Source: Octopus sinensis (Eukaryota). From it: 61,034 nt of DNA. The notes under the pieces were generated by a model. The model was not told where the DNA came from. It saw only the letters and a list, made by a program, of their open reading frames with translations, and did not search any database. The stretch lies in contig NW_021834414.1 in the NCBI RefSeq assembly GCF_006345805.1, positions 1 to 61,034 of the forward strand. The letters are read 5' to 3'. The first letter of the stretch is position 1, and each line of letters opens with the position of its first letter. Positions 1 through 13,461 of the stretch are shown here, piece by piece. Position numbers and translations under genes: made by a program.

Positions 1-540
1 TTTTTCATTCTTTATCTTGCTGTTTTTATTTATTTTTCATATTCGTCTTTTTTTTAATTCTCACACCCCTCCTCCACTTGCTAATCATTGTTTGTTGACC
101 TCCCCACTCTCTTTCATCATCCATTCAGTCTCTCATGCAAGTTTGCTCTAAAGTTAAATAATTGTAAACAAAATGAAAAAGGCGAAAATTATCTGGCGGC
201 CATTTTGTGCTTTTTCTTTTCGCTCCCTATCTTTCTTACATTATCTCTCTGGTATTCTTGTATGAAACTATGTATTACAATATCTCTCTGTGTTGTTCGT
301 TGTTTTTTTCTGACTTATACACCCCTACAAACACGCTTTATTTCTTTATTTTGCTGACATGCCGTTGGTGCTGTCTTGTTATAAGCATTGTTGTTGATGC
401 TGTTACTATTGTCGTAAGATTTGCTGTTTTCGTCGTTGCCGTTGTTGTTGCTGTTGGTGGTGATATTGTGCTGCATTTGTACAGACCTCTTATGAAGCTC
501 CAAATCTATTAAAAGTCAGTTGTGTGTAGAACAACTGTGC

Positions 541-895
541 AGGTATGGTTGGGTGGTAAGATGTTTGCTTCCTGACCACATGTTTTCGGGTTCAGTCTCA
601 CTGCGTTGCACCTTGGACAAGTGTCCTCTACTATAGCCTCGAGCCGACTAAATCTTTGTGGAATTGGTTGAAAGAAAGAAGCCCGTCGTATATGTATGTT
701 TGTCTCTCACTACCACATGATGAGAGGTGTTGGTGTGTTTACGTCCCCATGACTTATCGGTTCGGCAAAAGGACCGATAGATAAGTGCCAGTCTTAAGGG
801 TAAAAAAACAATAGATAATGGGGACAATTTTTCAAGGTGGTACCCCAGCATAGTTGCTCGAACAAGTAAACAATAAAAGATAAAAAGATACTTTA
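541..895 (+). mobile_element. tRNA-derived SINE family A (CORE-like, bipartite with central microsatellite), diverged copy
   Basis: Head TGGTAAG...GGGTTCAGTC (A/B boxes), CACCTTGGACAAGTGTC core-like motif, AAAGAAGCCCGTCGTAT, 3' half GGTGTGTTTACGTCCCC...CGGTTCGGCAAAA; similar to many other copies in the window. Confidence 0.8.
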
Positions 896-1009
896 CCGTT
901 TGTTCACAACTAAGAGTACCCTTCACAGAGTCTTGCAAAGGATAGGAAGTAGAGTGGGAGGAAGGGAGGAAGGGAGGAAGCAAAACGGATAATAGGACTA
1001 ATGGTTGCA

Positions 1010-1412
1010 ACATAGAGGACGAAATCTCCAAAAGAAACCCAATGACCTGGTACTGATGTTAAAGAAGGAGACTTATTAAAGTTGCCACCCGCGTAGGACA
1101 CAGTGCGATTTGAACTCAGAATGTAGTTTACTGGAGATATTAAAAAGGATCTCAAAGCAATTTGTCCATTGCTCTAAAAATCCAGTTAATTTACTCCCTT
1201 AATAAATATTTCTAAATTTAGCTCCAGGTGAGCAATTTTGAGGGAGGTGGAAAGATGAATGGATCAAATCCACTACTCCTTATTTTCTTGACTACGAAAA
1301 ACAAACAAAAAAAGAGCTTCGGTAGTATTTGAACTCAGAAATTAAAGAGCCGGGAGAAATTCCGCGAAGCAATTTGTTCGGCTTGTTAACAATACTCCCA
1401 GCTCGCTGCCTT
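1010..1412 (-). mobile_element. Two old SINE family B remnants
   Basis: TTTGAACTCAGAA (reverse complement of the B box TTCTGAGTTCAAA) at about 1110 and 1329; CCCAGCTCGCTGCCTT at about 1397-1412 is the reverse complement of the family B head AAGGCGGCGAGCTGG. Confidence 0.6.
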
Positions 1413-1789
1413 CAGTTGCTTTAACAATATATAAAGCTGATCATATTTGAAATACCTTTGATTATATAGCAACTTAAAAAGGCACTCGTCTGTGCTTAAT
1501 TAATACCATAAAACAGATCTGTCAATTATTAGTCATCATAAAGATTTTATTAACGATTTTTTTTTTACTTACAAAAGCAATAAAATTACTTTTGCAACAA
1601 CTGCGTATCTTTAGAATAAAGACAAACAATTCAGACATAGGTCAAATGACCTGATATATATCAATACATATATCTTATTTGGAAGTGGATGTGTGGCGTT
1701 CGATTATATAATAACAAAATAATAAATAAAACATATACATATATTCATACATATATGTACAAACCTACATCTATATGTATATATACATG

Positions 1790-1960
1790 CATATATGAGT
1801 ACAGGACACCAAAAAAAAAAGACGTTGAACACAATGAGAAACGAAAACATAAAAACAAATCCAAGGAAACGGACGTTCTTTCAAAGAAAGAAAAAACAGA
1901 GCACAAGACATTCAACACAAGGAATATTCCCCGTCTTCAGTTGCCCCTGTTTCGGCTATA
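1790..1960 (-). mobile_element. (TA)n-abutting island resembling a Penelope-like element 3' end
   Basis: Minus strand reads GCCGAAAC...CTGAAGA...GAATGTC followed by a U-rich tail; same layout as the islands at 47570 and 52380. Confidence 0.4.
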
Positions 1961-1961
1961 T

Positions 1962-2028
<67 letters not shown>

Positions 2029-2031
2029 TGG

Positions 2032-2049
<18 letters not shown>

Positions 2050-2065
<16 letters not shown>

Positions 2066-2269
2066 GATATATATATATATATAGTTATATATCTATATAT
2101 CTATATATCTATATATATATATATTATATATATATATATATACATATATACATATATATACATATATATCTACCTATATTATCTATATATATATATATAT
2201 ATAAATATATACATATATATCTTTATATATATATATATGTGTGTGTGTGTGTACATATATATATTTGTG

Positions 2270-2332
<63 letters not shown>

Positions 2333-3031
2333 AACACAACTAGAGAGAGATGGATGATTCGTGATAGCTTTATAAAAATACGCTGAATATTGAAGTGGTC
2401 TTCCGGAAGTGACTTCATACACAGCGGAAGCAGTCGTGGTGGTAGCAGCAGCTAAACTGGCCAAAGTGTAAACAGAGATGTGAGAGCAATAAACAACGTT
2501 ATTACATCACTCTGTTACCAGCAGGTAGGCCTTAAGGACGCATCTTCCAATATAGAAATTTATGTAACATATCGACAGATGTTTCTATTACCACGTACTT
2601 TCATTTTACTTCCTTTCAAACCTCTTCCTTCTTCCACTTATTTCTGTCTTTAATTCTTTTGGCTTCTTCTACATGTAAGTCTTCTTTCCTTCTATACATT
2701 CCCTCGCGTTTTCCTCACCTCTTGCCATCTTCCTCTATTCGTTATCTTTAATAGATTTGTTTTGGCTTCCTCAGAAGTCACTTCAACCCCATCTCATAAT
2801 TCTCACTCTTCCTTACTAGAAATTGCATACTTTCCATAAGTCTCCTTCTGCCCCTTTTGTATATAAATAAATACATAGATACACACTAGTACACATATAT
2901 TACATATATATACATATATATCTACCTATATTATCTATATCTTATATATATATATAAATATATACATATATATCTTTATATATATATATGTGTGTGTGTG
3001 TGTGTACATATATATATTTGTGTATGTATAT

Positions 3032-3086
<55 letters not shown>

Positions 3087-3650
3087 ACAACTAGAGAGAG
3101 ATGGATAGATTCGTGATAGCTTTATAAAAATACGCTGAATATTGAAGTGGTCTTCCGGAAGTGACTTCATACACAGCGGAAGCAGTCGTGGTGGTAGCAG
3201 CAGCTAAACTGGCCAAAGTGTAAACAGAGATGTGAGAGCAATAAACAACGTTATTACATCACTCTGTTACCAGCAGGTAGGCCTTAAGGACGCATCTTCC
3301 AATATAGAAATTTATGTAACATATCGACAGATGTTTCTATTACCACGTACTTTCATTTTACTTCCTTTCAAACCTCTTCCTTCTTCCACTTATTTCTGTC
3401 TTTAATTCTTTTGGCTTCTTCTACATGTAAGTCTTCTTTCCTTCTATACATTCCCTCGCGTTTTCCTCACCTCTTGCCATCTTCCTCTATTCGTTATCTT
3501 TAATAGATTTGTTTTGGCTTCCTCAGAAGTCACTTCAACCCCATCTCATAATTCTCACTCTTTCCTTACTAGAAATTGCATACTTTCCATAAGTCTCCTT
3601 CTGCCCCTTTTGTATATAAATAAATACATAGATACACACTAGTACACATA
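2050..3650. repeat. Near-identical direct tandem duplication, period about 751 bp
   Basis: Unique block 2331-2880 recurs at 3082-3640 almost base for base (TAAACACAACTAGAGAGAGATGGAT...ATAGATACACACTAGTACAC); the junction lies in (TA)n. Confidence 0.95.
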
Positions 3651-3944
3651 TATATACATATATATATATATTTATACAAATATTTATACAAATACACATA
3701 TTGCAAATACACATACATATACATATATATATAGATATTTATAGAAATACACATATATACATGTATATATAGATATATATGCGTATATATATTTATATAC
3801 AGTTTGTATGTATGTCAGTTTATGTATGTGTGGGTGTGATGTGATGTGTGTGTGTATGCATGTATGTATATGGACATTCATCCACACGCACAGACTCACA
3901 CAAATATACATAATATATAAATAAAGCAAAGATAGGTTTAGATA

Positions 3945-4023
3945 TATAGATAAGTAGTTAGATAGATAAATAGATAGATAGATAAATAGATAGACAGATA
4001 GATAGACAGATAGATAGACAAAC

Positions 4024-4090
<67 letters not shown>

Positions 4091-4105
4091 CAGAGAGAGA
4101 GAATG
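3945..4105. repeat. (GATA)n microsatellite
   Basis: Direct reading. Confidence 0.95.
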
Positions 4106-4369
4106 AGAGAGAGAGAGCAAATTTCATATGTATTTATCTTACCTCCTACTCATTCTTTCCTTCCGTCCTTTCTTCCTTTTCTGCTCTCTCCAACCTCTTA
4201 TCAAACTCTCTCACGTCCTCTCTCATTTCTCTCTCTCGCTCTCTCTGCTCTCTCACAGTTTATCTTTCATTCTCCTTCTCCATCTTTCTATATCCCTTTT
4301 TGTCTATCTTCTCATTTCCTTATCTCTACTCCTCTCCCTTCCTCACGTCTCATCCACCATCTTCGCTAG

Positions 4370-4455
4370 AATCATTAATCTTGATTCTTTGAGAAGAAAC
4401 GCTTACAAGTCTGAGATTATTGAAGGTTTCTGGTCGAAGAAGCAACGGCTTTTTG
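4370..4455 (+). CDS. Candidate internal micro-exon of an unidentified gene (IINLDSLRRNAYKSEIIEGFWSKKQRLF)
   Basis: Pyrimidine tract plus TAG acceptor at 4367-4369, GTAAAT donor at 4456, one open frame; no homology recognised. Confidence 0.3.
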
Positions 4456-4840
4456 GTAAATAGAGAGCATAGTTAAGGCCTTAAGGTTGTATTTAAATTG
4501 TAATCAGTAGCCACGTAACAGAGCCTTACCAATTTTCGACATGAAATGGCTACTTTGGCTTGTCTTTAAGAAGCAGCTTCTCAAAGACTGCAATAACAGA
4601 TAGTTTAAGAAGGAGATGGGAGGAATATATTTTTAACAAACAGTAGAGAAACAGAAGATTTCTTGAGTCTTTGATAGGAGAAATTTGGAAATAAGTGAGA
4701 TAAGTGTGACCGACGTGGAAATGGTAAAATATGTTAAAGACAGTCTTTATATATAAACATATGAATACACATTCTCTAACGCTCACACACACACACATAT
4801 ATATACATGCATACACACACACACTTGCGCATATATATAT

Positions 4841-4938
4841 AGGCGCAGAAGTGGCTCTGTGGTAAGTAGCTTGCTTAGCAACCATATGGTTCCAGGTTCA
4901 GTCCCACAGCGTGGCAACTTGTGCAGGTGTCTTCTACA
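4841..4938 (+). mobile_element. SINE family A 5' fragment
   Basis: GGCGCAGAAGTGGCTCTGTGGTAAGTAGCTTGC...GGTTCAGTCCCAC. Confidence 0.85.
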
Positions 4939-4939
4939 A

Positions 4940-5290
4940 TATGTGGCTGTAAAACCTGTAAAACCTACTCTGTGTAACCTACTCTGCGTAAGCCTTACGT
5001 ATTATTATAGTAGATTATCACGGTAACCATGGGAGCTAAGGAAAAAAAATGACATCACCCCTTCTTTCCTTATTCATCTATCACCTCTTCTCTTCTCATT
5101 CATATAACACAAGAATATTATTATAGTAGATTATCTCAGTAACCATGGGAGCTATGAAAAAATACAAAGCCCAGCATCACTGCCGAATCATTCTACACAT
5201 CTGTGTAATTTTTCGTGCAATTCCACCCGGCCGTTTGACGTGAATCCCAAGACAAGAAAGAATCGCCCATGTCAAATTTATATGTATAGA
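4940..5290 (-). mobile_element. Non-autonomous Helitron-like fragment (5' end present)
   Basis: Minus strand begins A|TCTATACATATAAAT at 5290; shares ATGTGGCTGTAAAACCT(G/A)CTCTGTGTAA with the CTAG-ended element at 38927; internal direct repeat at about 5000 and 5117. Confidence 0.5.
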
Positions 5291-5979
5291 TATAACTTTG
5301 ATAACTTTGATAGGTTTCGGCCAGTATAGGCCCAGGCCATGTTTAACCCAATAGCACGATATATATATATAATATTTATGTACATGTATGTATATAAGCA
5401 AGTCAAGTGGCTCTTGAGTGCTACTGGTGACCTGTAACCTAGTACAGCTTGCTGCATTGTCAGGTCATCGGCAACTAAACTGTCAACCCCATCAAGCTTT
5501 ATTGGTGAGGAGGGTGAATATTGGACTCGCTGCAAGATGAAAAATAAGACCTGTCACAATGCGGAAAACTCACGAGCAGTCAACGGTCATCCAACATGTG
5601 TAAGTATGCATGTTTGTATGGGCGGGGACGTGCAAATAACTAGGTTAGTGTCCAGTTGCGCGTTTGGCCTACTGGGAAAGGGGGGGGGGGGCTTCTGCTG
5701 CTGTCGCAACTTGAGGGAAGAGGTAAACACTGAGAGAAAACCAGCGACACTGACAATATTCAATGATGTGGACTAGTTCTTTTCGAGGTTATGTTGTCCA
5801 TGTCCAGAAAGTAGGATTGGATTTGTGCAAATCTGTTCTCCACTATAAAAAAATCATCATGCACAGGCATCGCTTGAAAAGAGTAAGACGTATCACAAGA
5901 ATGGCTGGTCGTAGCTTTCGCATGCGTGGGATTTTCGATCAGGCGATGGCAATACTCGAACGCAAGTTTGCAACCATCA

Positions 5980-6627
5980 TGTATGTATGTATGTATGTAT
6001 GTATGTATGTATGTATGTATGCATGTATGTATGTATGTATGTATGTATGTATGTATGCATGTATGCATGTATGTATGTATGTATGTATGTATGTATGTAT
6101 GTATGTGTGTGTGTATGTATGTATGTATGTATGTATGAATGTATGTATGTATGTATGTATGCATGTATGTATGTATGCATGTATGTATGTATGTATGTAT
6201 GTATATATGCATGTATGTATGTATGTATGTATGTATGTATGCATGCATGTATGTATGTATGTATGTATGTATGTACGCATGTATGTACGTATGTATGTAC
6301 GTATGTATGTACGTATATATGTATGTATGTATGCATGTATGTATGCATGTATGTATGTATGTATGTATGTATGTATGTATGTATGCATGCATGTATGTAT
6401 GTATGTATGTATGATGTATGTATGTATGCCGTATGTATGTATGCATGTATGTATGTATGTATGTATGTATGCATGTATGTATGTATGTATGTATGTATGT
6501 ATGTATGCATGTATGTATGTATGTATGTATGTATGTATGTATGCATGTACGTATGTATGTATGCATGTATGTATGTATGTATGCATGTATGTATGTATGT
6601 ATGCATGTATGTATGTATGTATGTACG

Positions 6628-6661
<34 letters not shown>

Positions 6662-6755
6662 TGTATGTATGCATGTATGTATGTATGTATGTATGTATGT
6701 ATGTATGCATGTATGTATGTATGTATGTATGTATGTATGTATGTATGTATGTACG

Positions 6756-6789
<34 letters not shown>

Positions 6790-6878
6790 TGCATGTATGT
6801 ATGTATGTATGTATGTATGCATGTATGTATGTATGTATGCATGTATGTATGTATGTATGTATGTATGTATGTAGTACG

Positions 6879-6910
<32 letters not shown>

Positions 6911-7064
6911 ATGCAGGTATGTATGTATGTATGTATGGATGTATGATGTAAGTATATATGTATGTATGTAGGATTATGTATGTATGTATGTATGCATGTA
7001 TGTATGTATGTTATGTAGTATGTATGTACGTATGTATGTATGTATGTATATGTATGTATGTACG

Positions 7065-7096
<32 letters not shown>

Positions 7097-7668
7097 CATG
7101 TATGTATGTATGTATGTATGTATGTCTGCATGTATGTAGGATGTGTATGTATGTATGTATGCATGTATGCCATGTATGTATGTATGTATGATGTATGTAT
7201 GTATGCATGTATGTATGTATGTATTATGTATGTATGATGTACGTATATATGTATGTAGGTATGTATGTATGTATGTATGCATGTATGTATGTATGTATGT
7301 ATGTATGCATGTATGTATGCATGTATGTATGTATGTATTATGTATGTATGTATGTATGTATGTATGTATGTATGTGTGTGTGTATGTATGTATGTATGTA
7401 TGTATGTATGTATGTGTGTGTATATATGTATGTATGTATGCATGCATGTATGTATGTATGAATGTATGTATGCATGTGTGTATGTATGTATGTATGTATG
7501 AATGCATGTATGTATGTATGTATGTATGTATGTATGTATGTATGTATGTGTGTGTATGTATGTATGTATGCATGTATGTATGTATGTATGTATGTATGTA
7601 TGTATGTATGTGTATGTATGTATGTATGTATGAATGTATGTATGTATGTATGTATATATGTGTGTGTA
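5980..7668. repeat. About 1.7 kb (TATG)n microsatellite with CATG/TACG variants
   Basis: Direct reading; source of the MYVC/HTYI ORFs. Confidence 0.98.
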
Positions 7669-7810
7669 CAGTCGCGGTCAAAATTTTGGAACATTTAAAA
7701 AAAAAATTAAAATTATGACCAAATATATTTCGATTCAAATATACCTTTGGGCAGTTTAATATAAACATTATAATTTTCAGATCTATGTTCCAAACTTTTG
7801 GACACGACTG
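7669..7810. mobile_element. Tc1-family MITE (142 bp) with TA target-site duplication
   Basis: TA|CAGTCGCGGTCAAAATTTTGGAACA ... TGTTCCAAACTTTTGGACACGACTG|TA; 25-bp imperfect TIRs. Confidence 0.85.
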
Positions 7811-7886
7811 TACATATACGGTGGGTTCCACATAATTTCCGTCTACCAAATACATTCAATCGGCAGGGGTCGGCCAGGAGGTATTA

Positions 7887-8515
7887 TCGCAGGAGTGGCT
7901 GTGTGGTAAGTAGCTTGCTTACCGACCACATGGTTCCGGGTTCAGTCCCACTGCGTGGCACCTTGGGCTAGTGTCTTCTAGTATAGACTCGGGCCGACCA
8001 AAGACTTGTGAGTGGATTTGGTAGACGGAAACTGAAAGAAGCCCGTCGTATAAGGCGGCGAGCTGGCAGAAACGTTAGCGCGCCGGGCGAAATGCTTAGC
8101 GGTATTTGGTCTGTCGTTACGTTCTGAGTTCAAATTCCGCTGAGGTCGACTTTGCCTTTCATCCTTTCGGGGTCAATAAATAAAGTACCAATTTCGCACT
8201 GGGGTCGATGTAATCGACTTAATCCGTTTGTCCGTCCTTGTTTGTCCCCTCTATGTTTAGCCCCTTGTGGGTAGTAAAGAAATATATATATATATATATG
8301 TATGTATGTGTGTGTATATGTTTGTCCTCCTAACATCGCTTGTCAACCGATAGTTGTGTGTTTACGTCCCCGTAACTTAGCGGTTCGGCAAAAAGAGACT
8401 GGTAGAATAAGTACTAGGCTTTCAATACATAAATCCTGGAATTGATTTGCTCGACTAAAGGCGGTGTTCCAGTATGGCCACAGTCAAATGACTGAAACAA
8501 GTAAGTAAAAAGAGT
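7887..8515 (+). mobile_element. SINE family A copy split by a family B insertion
   Basis: 5' half 7887-8051 ends GCCCGTCGTAT; 3' half resumes after 8283 (TTTGTCCTCC...GTCAAATGACTGAAACAAG). Confidence 0.9.
8052..8283 (+). mobile_element. tRNA-derived SINE family B, young full-length copy nested in SINE A
   Basis: AAGGCGGCGAGCTGGCAGAAACGTTAG...TTCTGAGTTCAAATTCC...GTAGTAAAGAAAT. Confidence 0.9.
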
Positions 8516-8710
8516 AAGGGGAAAGTAGGGTGTAATTTGGAGGCCATTTGGGCAATATTTTGCACATGTGTGTTTGTTTTGAGATGTGTGGAATAGTTCT
8601 GAAAAGTTTCTATTGCTTATAAGGCTCCGATTTTCCCTGATAGCACTGACCTTTGATCAACGGTATTCCAAGCCATGACCACGTAGTTATTTTTGTTTTA
8701 TAAAATAGGT

Positions 8711-9145
8711 CCAGTCGTGGCTGTGTGGTAAGAAGCTTGCTTTCCAACCACATAGTTCCGGCTTCAGTCACGCTGCCTGTCACATTGGCCATATGTCTTC
8801 TACTTGAGCCAACCAAAGCCTTGTGAGTGGATTTGGTAGATGGAAACTGAAAGAAGCCCGTCGTGTATATATATATGTATGCGTGTGTGTGTGTGTATGT
8901 GTGTGTGTATGTATATATGTATATATGTGTATCTTTGTGTTTTGTACCCCTGACCATCACCTCTTGACAACTGGTGTTCCCGTGTTTGCGTCCCCGTAAC
9001 TTAGTAGTTCGGCAAAAGAACCCGATAGAATAAGTATGAGACTTAAAAAATAAGTACTGGGTCGATTCAATCGACTAAAAGTTCAAGGCGGTGCCCCAGT
9101 ATGGCCACAGTCTAATGACTTAAACAAGTAAAAGAAAATAAGGAG
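8711..9145 (+). mobile_element. SINE family A full-length copy
   Basis: Head, central (TA/TG)n and 3' half all present. Confidence 0.9.
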
Positions 9146-9165
9146 ATAAAAGATATGTTATAGAC

Positions 9166-9330
9166 ACAGGTGTTGCTTGGGGTAAGAAGTTTACTTGCCA
9201 ATTTCAGGGTATATGGTTCAAACCCACTGTGTGGTACCTACCTTTGACAAGTGTCTTCTACTATAGCGTAGGACCAACAAAAGACATGTGAGTTTATTTG
9301 GGAGAGAGAAACTGAAAGCAGCCTATCATA
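9166..9330 (+). mobile_element. Old SINE family A 5' half
   Basis: GGGTAAGAAGTTTACTTG...GGTTCAAACCCACTG...ACTGAAAGCAGCC. Confidence 0.7.
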
Positions 9331-9340
9331 TATATATATA

Positions 9341-9914
9341 TACGAGGTCTTATGAAAAAATCCCGAGGCTTGTGCTATGATAAGAAAACTATAACGCATG
9401 TCAATTCGGCATTTAATCTTCCTCGAAGTAGTCCCCTTTTGAAGCCAGATACTTTATCCGGTTTCGTTTCTATTGCTGGAAGTATTCCTGGGGATTCTTT
9501 TTGGACATAGCGAGAAGGTGTCACGTCACATTCTCCTGGATTTCTTTTCAAGTGGAATTTGATTTTTTGGAAAGATTCTTGGCCGTGATAACCTTCAAGC
9601 TGTGCCTCTTTCCATGCACGTACACATCCGACCCACACACGCACACACTCACGCATGCACGTACACATTAACACACACACGTGTACATTTTCTCTGGTGT
9701 TGTCACTGATAGAACATCTCTGTTATGGTGAGACGACCACACTCTACACACTTTACTTCCAAACACTGCCATAAAAAACGGAAGTGAGTGAAAGCGTTAT
9801 AAATTAGTACGCATGCGCGACAGATTTCAAGGTCGATGTGTGCTAAGCGGCCTTCACTTAGCGTACTTTAGCTCTGTTACCATTGCGACAGTCCCGATAA
9901 TTTTAAATCAGACC

Positions 9915-9920
<6 letters not shown>
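9341..9920 (-). mobile_element. Internally deleted mariner element
   Basis: Left TIR TA|CGAGGTCTTATGAAAAAATCCCGAGGCT pairs with right AGTCCCGATAATTTTAAATCAGACCT; minus strand encodes the transposase C-terminus ASKGDYFEED* near 9415-9445. Confidence 0.75.
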
Positions 9921-9966
<46 letters not shown>

Positions 9967-10449
9967 TGTGTGTGTGTTCTGTGTGTGTGCTTATGTTTGT
10001 GTGTATACTTTCAGAATTAAAGTGAATCAGGTACTTAAATAATAAAACATGAGGTCTGATCAAAGAATAGAAATGGTGTGCAGTACGAAACTGGAGTAGC
10101 GTATACACACCTATCGACTGAGTATATTATTAGTCTCAAGGTTGTTATTTAGGGACACACACTGTACCACTTGTACTGTACTTAACAGACTCCAGATCCA
10201 CACTTATAGCAGGTACCAAGGTGATTAATAAATAACAACAAACGGACAGTGGTTTATTCACTACAGCTGTTTCAAACAGATGTAGCGAAGGAACCAATAT
10301 TTACTGGAATTAGTACTGATATCGATATTTGTTCGATTAAAATCCCTTGAAGATAATACTCCGGTATGGCATCAGTGCAGGGATTGAAACAAGCAAGGGA
10401 TATAAGACATCTAAAGCCATATTATTTATTGTATTTGTCCTTTGTTTGA

Positions 10450-10575
10450 TGTAGTTGATGATGATGAAAATGATGATACTGATGATGATGATGATGATGA
10501 CAATGATGATGATGATGATGATATGATGATGACGATGACGATGATGATGACGATGACGATCACGATGACGATGGC

Positions 10576-10611
<36 letters not shown>

Positions 10612-11547
10612 AATGATGATACTGATGATGATGATGATGACGATGATGATGATGATGATGATGATGACGATGATGATGATGATGATGATGATGACGACGA
10701 TGATGATGATGATGACGATGACGATGACGATGATGATCACGATGATGATGACGACGATGATGATGATGATGATGATGATGACGATGATGATGACAATGAT
10801 TACGATAGGAAGGAGAATGGGGAGGAGGCGGATGGTGGTAGTGATGATAAGGATGATAACGACGATGTTGACGATAACGATGAACATAAACGACAACGAT
10901 GGTGATTATGATGATAACGATAATGATGGTAAGCATCAACATCGTCATCACTATCACGACTACTACCACCACCACCACCACCATCACCATCACCACCACT
11001 ACAACAGCAACAACAACCATCACCACCGCCTCCACAACAGCAACAGTTCATTATCACCAGCACCACTAATATCATCAATCATCATCATCATCATCATCCT
11101 CATCACCAACACTGGCACATGGCAACACATGGCAACACCGCTCCTACTACTACCAACACTAAAACAAACACCCTCTCCAACAGACTGTACCTGCGTCTCC
11201 GCCACAGCCTTCATGTCGCCGTCAGTATTATCGCCATCACCAACGCCACTACAATCATCATTATCACCACCACTACCAAGAACATCACCAATACTGCCGC
11301 CGACACCACCACTACCACCACCTCCACCACCACCACCACCACCACCACCAGCATCACCACCATCACCGCTAACACAACCATTGCAGCTACCAACGCTACC
11401 GCCGCCACTGATCTCATCGTCATTGTCATCATCATCATCGTCGTCGTCGTCGTCGTCGTCGTCGTCATCATCATCATCATCATTATCATCATCATGGAAT
11501 AAACATCGCGCCGGTAGTTTCGCTGCTGCTTCTTCTACTTCTGAAAA

Positions 11548-11599
<52 letters not shown>

Positions 11600-11600
11600 A
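10450..11600. repeat. Compound trinucleotide low-complexity tract (GAT/GAC, CAC/CAT, GTC, CTA)
   Basis: Direct reading. Confidence 0.95.
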
Positions 11601-12204
11601 AGGCACCGTTGCTGCTGCTGCCGCTGTTGGTAATGGTGATGGTGCTAACGGGTCGGTTAATACGATAGCAATAGAAGGTGGCCTTGCCAGTGGCGAGATG
11701 TGTCTGTGTGTTCTCTTCTCTGTGTGTGTGTGTATGTGTGTATGCGTATGTGTATGTGTGTGTGTGTATGTGTTTCGTCGATAGCTGTGTTGGTGTGGGT
11801 GTCGGTGTCGGGTCGGCGTCGGCGTGGAGGTATTGGCGCGAGAACGAGTATTAAGCAATTAATCTTGTTCAAGTGTTTGCCTCGTGTTTGCCTCGTGAAT
11901 CCTGCACTTCCTGTCTGATCTTGCCAATGACCTGCAAACTTGAAGGTCTAAGAGTATGTGTGTGAGCGTGTGCGTGTATGTCTGCCTGTGTGTGCGCGCG
12001 GCGCGCGTGTGTGTTTGTCTCTGTGTATGTATGTATGTATGTGCATTGGGTGCATGCGAGCATGTGTATATGCGTGTGTGTGTATGTATGTGTGTGTGAG
12101 TGTGTGTCATGGCAAATACTTTCAAACACACATATCATAAATCATTTATGGATCCACCCCGTTTTGCGCCGTCTTGCTTGCTTCTTCTGTTTGATTTTTG
12201 CCCT

Positions 12205-12660
12205 GGTTTTATGTATGTATGTATGTATGTATGTATGTATGTATGTATGTATGTATGTATGTATGTATGTATGCATATATGTATGTATGTATGTATGTAC
12301 GTATGTACGTATGTATGCATGCATGCATGTGTGTATGTATACATTTATGTATGAATCTGTATTTGTCTGTCCGTCTATCTGGGTGTCTGTTTGTCTGTCT
12401 GTATGTATGTATGTATGTATGTATGCATGTATGCATACATGTATGTAAAAATGAATTTACGTATATATGTATGTATCCCTTTATGCATATGCATGAATGT
12501 ATACATACATATATACGTAAATAATAAATATATATAGGCATATATACGTATTTTTGTATATATATGTGCATATATATGATATACATATATGTATATACTT
12601 ATTACATATTAATATATCATATATGCATGTCGATATGTACATATATGTGTATATATATGC

Positions 12661-12754
<94 letters not shown>

Positions 12755-12760
12755 CTCTCT
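12205..12760. repeat. (TATG)n and (TA)n microsatellites
   Basis: Direct reading. Confidence 0.9.
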
Positions 12761-13325
12761 GTATATGTATGCATAGATATGCACGCATCTGAAAGTATAC
12801 ATGTTTGTAAGTATATTAATGTGCACATAGGTGCATATAATATGTTTCTATGAGCGTGTATGTTTGTGTGTGTATGTATTTGTGTGTTTGTGTGTGTGTT
12901 TCACACACACACACAAGCATGGTGGTGGTATTCAGAATATAGCAGTGGTATAGCGATATTGGTGGCTTTTTGCTTTGCACTCTTTATTTTTTTTTTTCAG
13001 TTTCAATGTCACCCTTCACGTTTCTTCTCCTCTAGCTGCTCCTTCATCTCCTGCTTCCTTCCCTCCCACCCTTTCACTCTAGCCTATTCTCTCTCCCTTT
13101 CTATCTCCCCAGTTATTACTGCTCTCTATCTCTTTCCATTTTCTCCGTTACGTCTCTCTCTATATTTTTTCCTAGTTTTTATTCTCATTATCCCATTTCT
13201 TTTTCTTTATATTACCTCCTCATCCCCTTTCTTATATCATGCTATCCATATAAATTCTTACCTACCTACCTACTTACAGAAATATAGAAGCCAATACGTG
13301 ACCTTTGTGTGTCTGGAGTGCATAG

Positions 13326-13360
<35 letters not shown>

Positions 13361-13414
13361 TATTCTTACAAACCACTTACGAAATATATATGTACTCATA
13401 TACATGCAGGTGTG

Positions 13415-13461
<47 letters not shown>

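Noticed and set aside
5410-5529. Minus-strand acceptor TCTTATTTTTCATCTTGCAG followed by RVQYSPSSPIKLDG...
   Set aside because: No convincing donor and no recognisable product; such sites arise by chance in AT-rich DNA.
5760-7855. Long ORFs up to 488 aa (MYVC / HTYI repeats)
   Set aside because: Translations of the (TATG)n microsatellite, which has no stop codons in several frames.
10337-11668. Poly-His, poly-Asp, poly-Met and poly-Thr ORFs
   Set aside because: Trinucleotide microsatellite shadows with no splice or domain context. The same applies at 20009-20678, 41550-43150 and 50160-51023.
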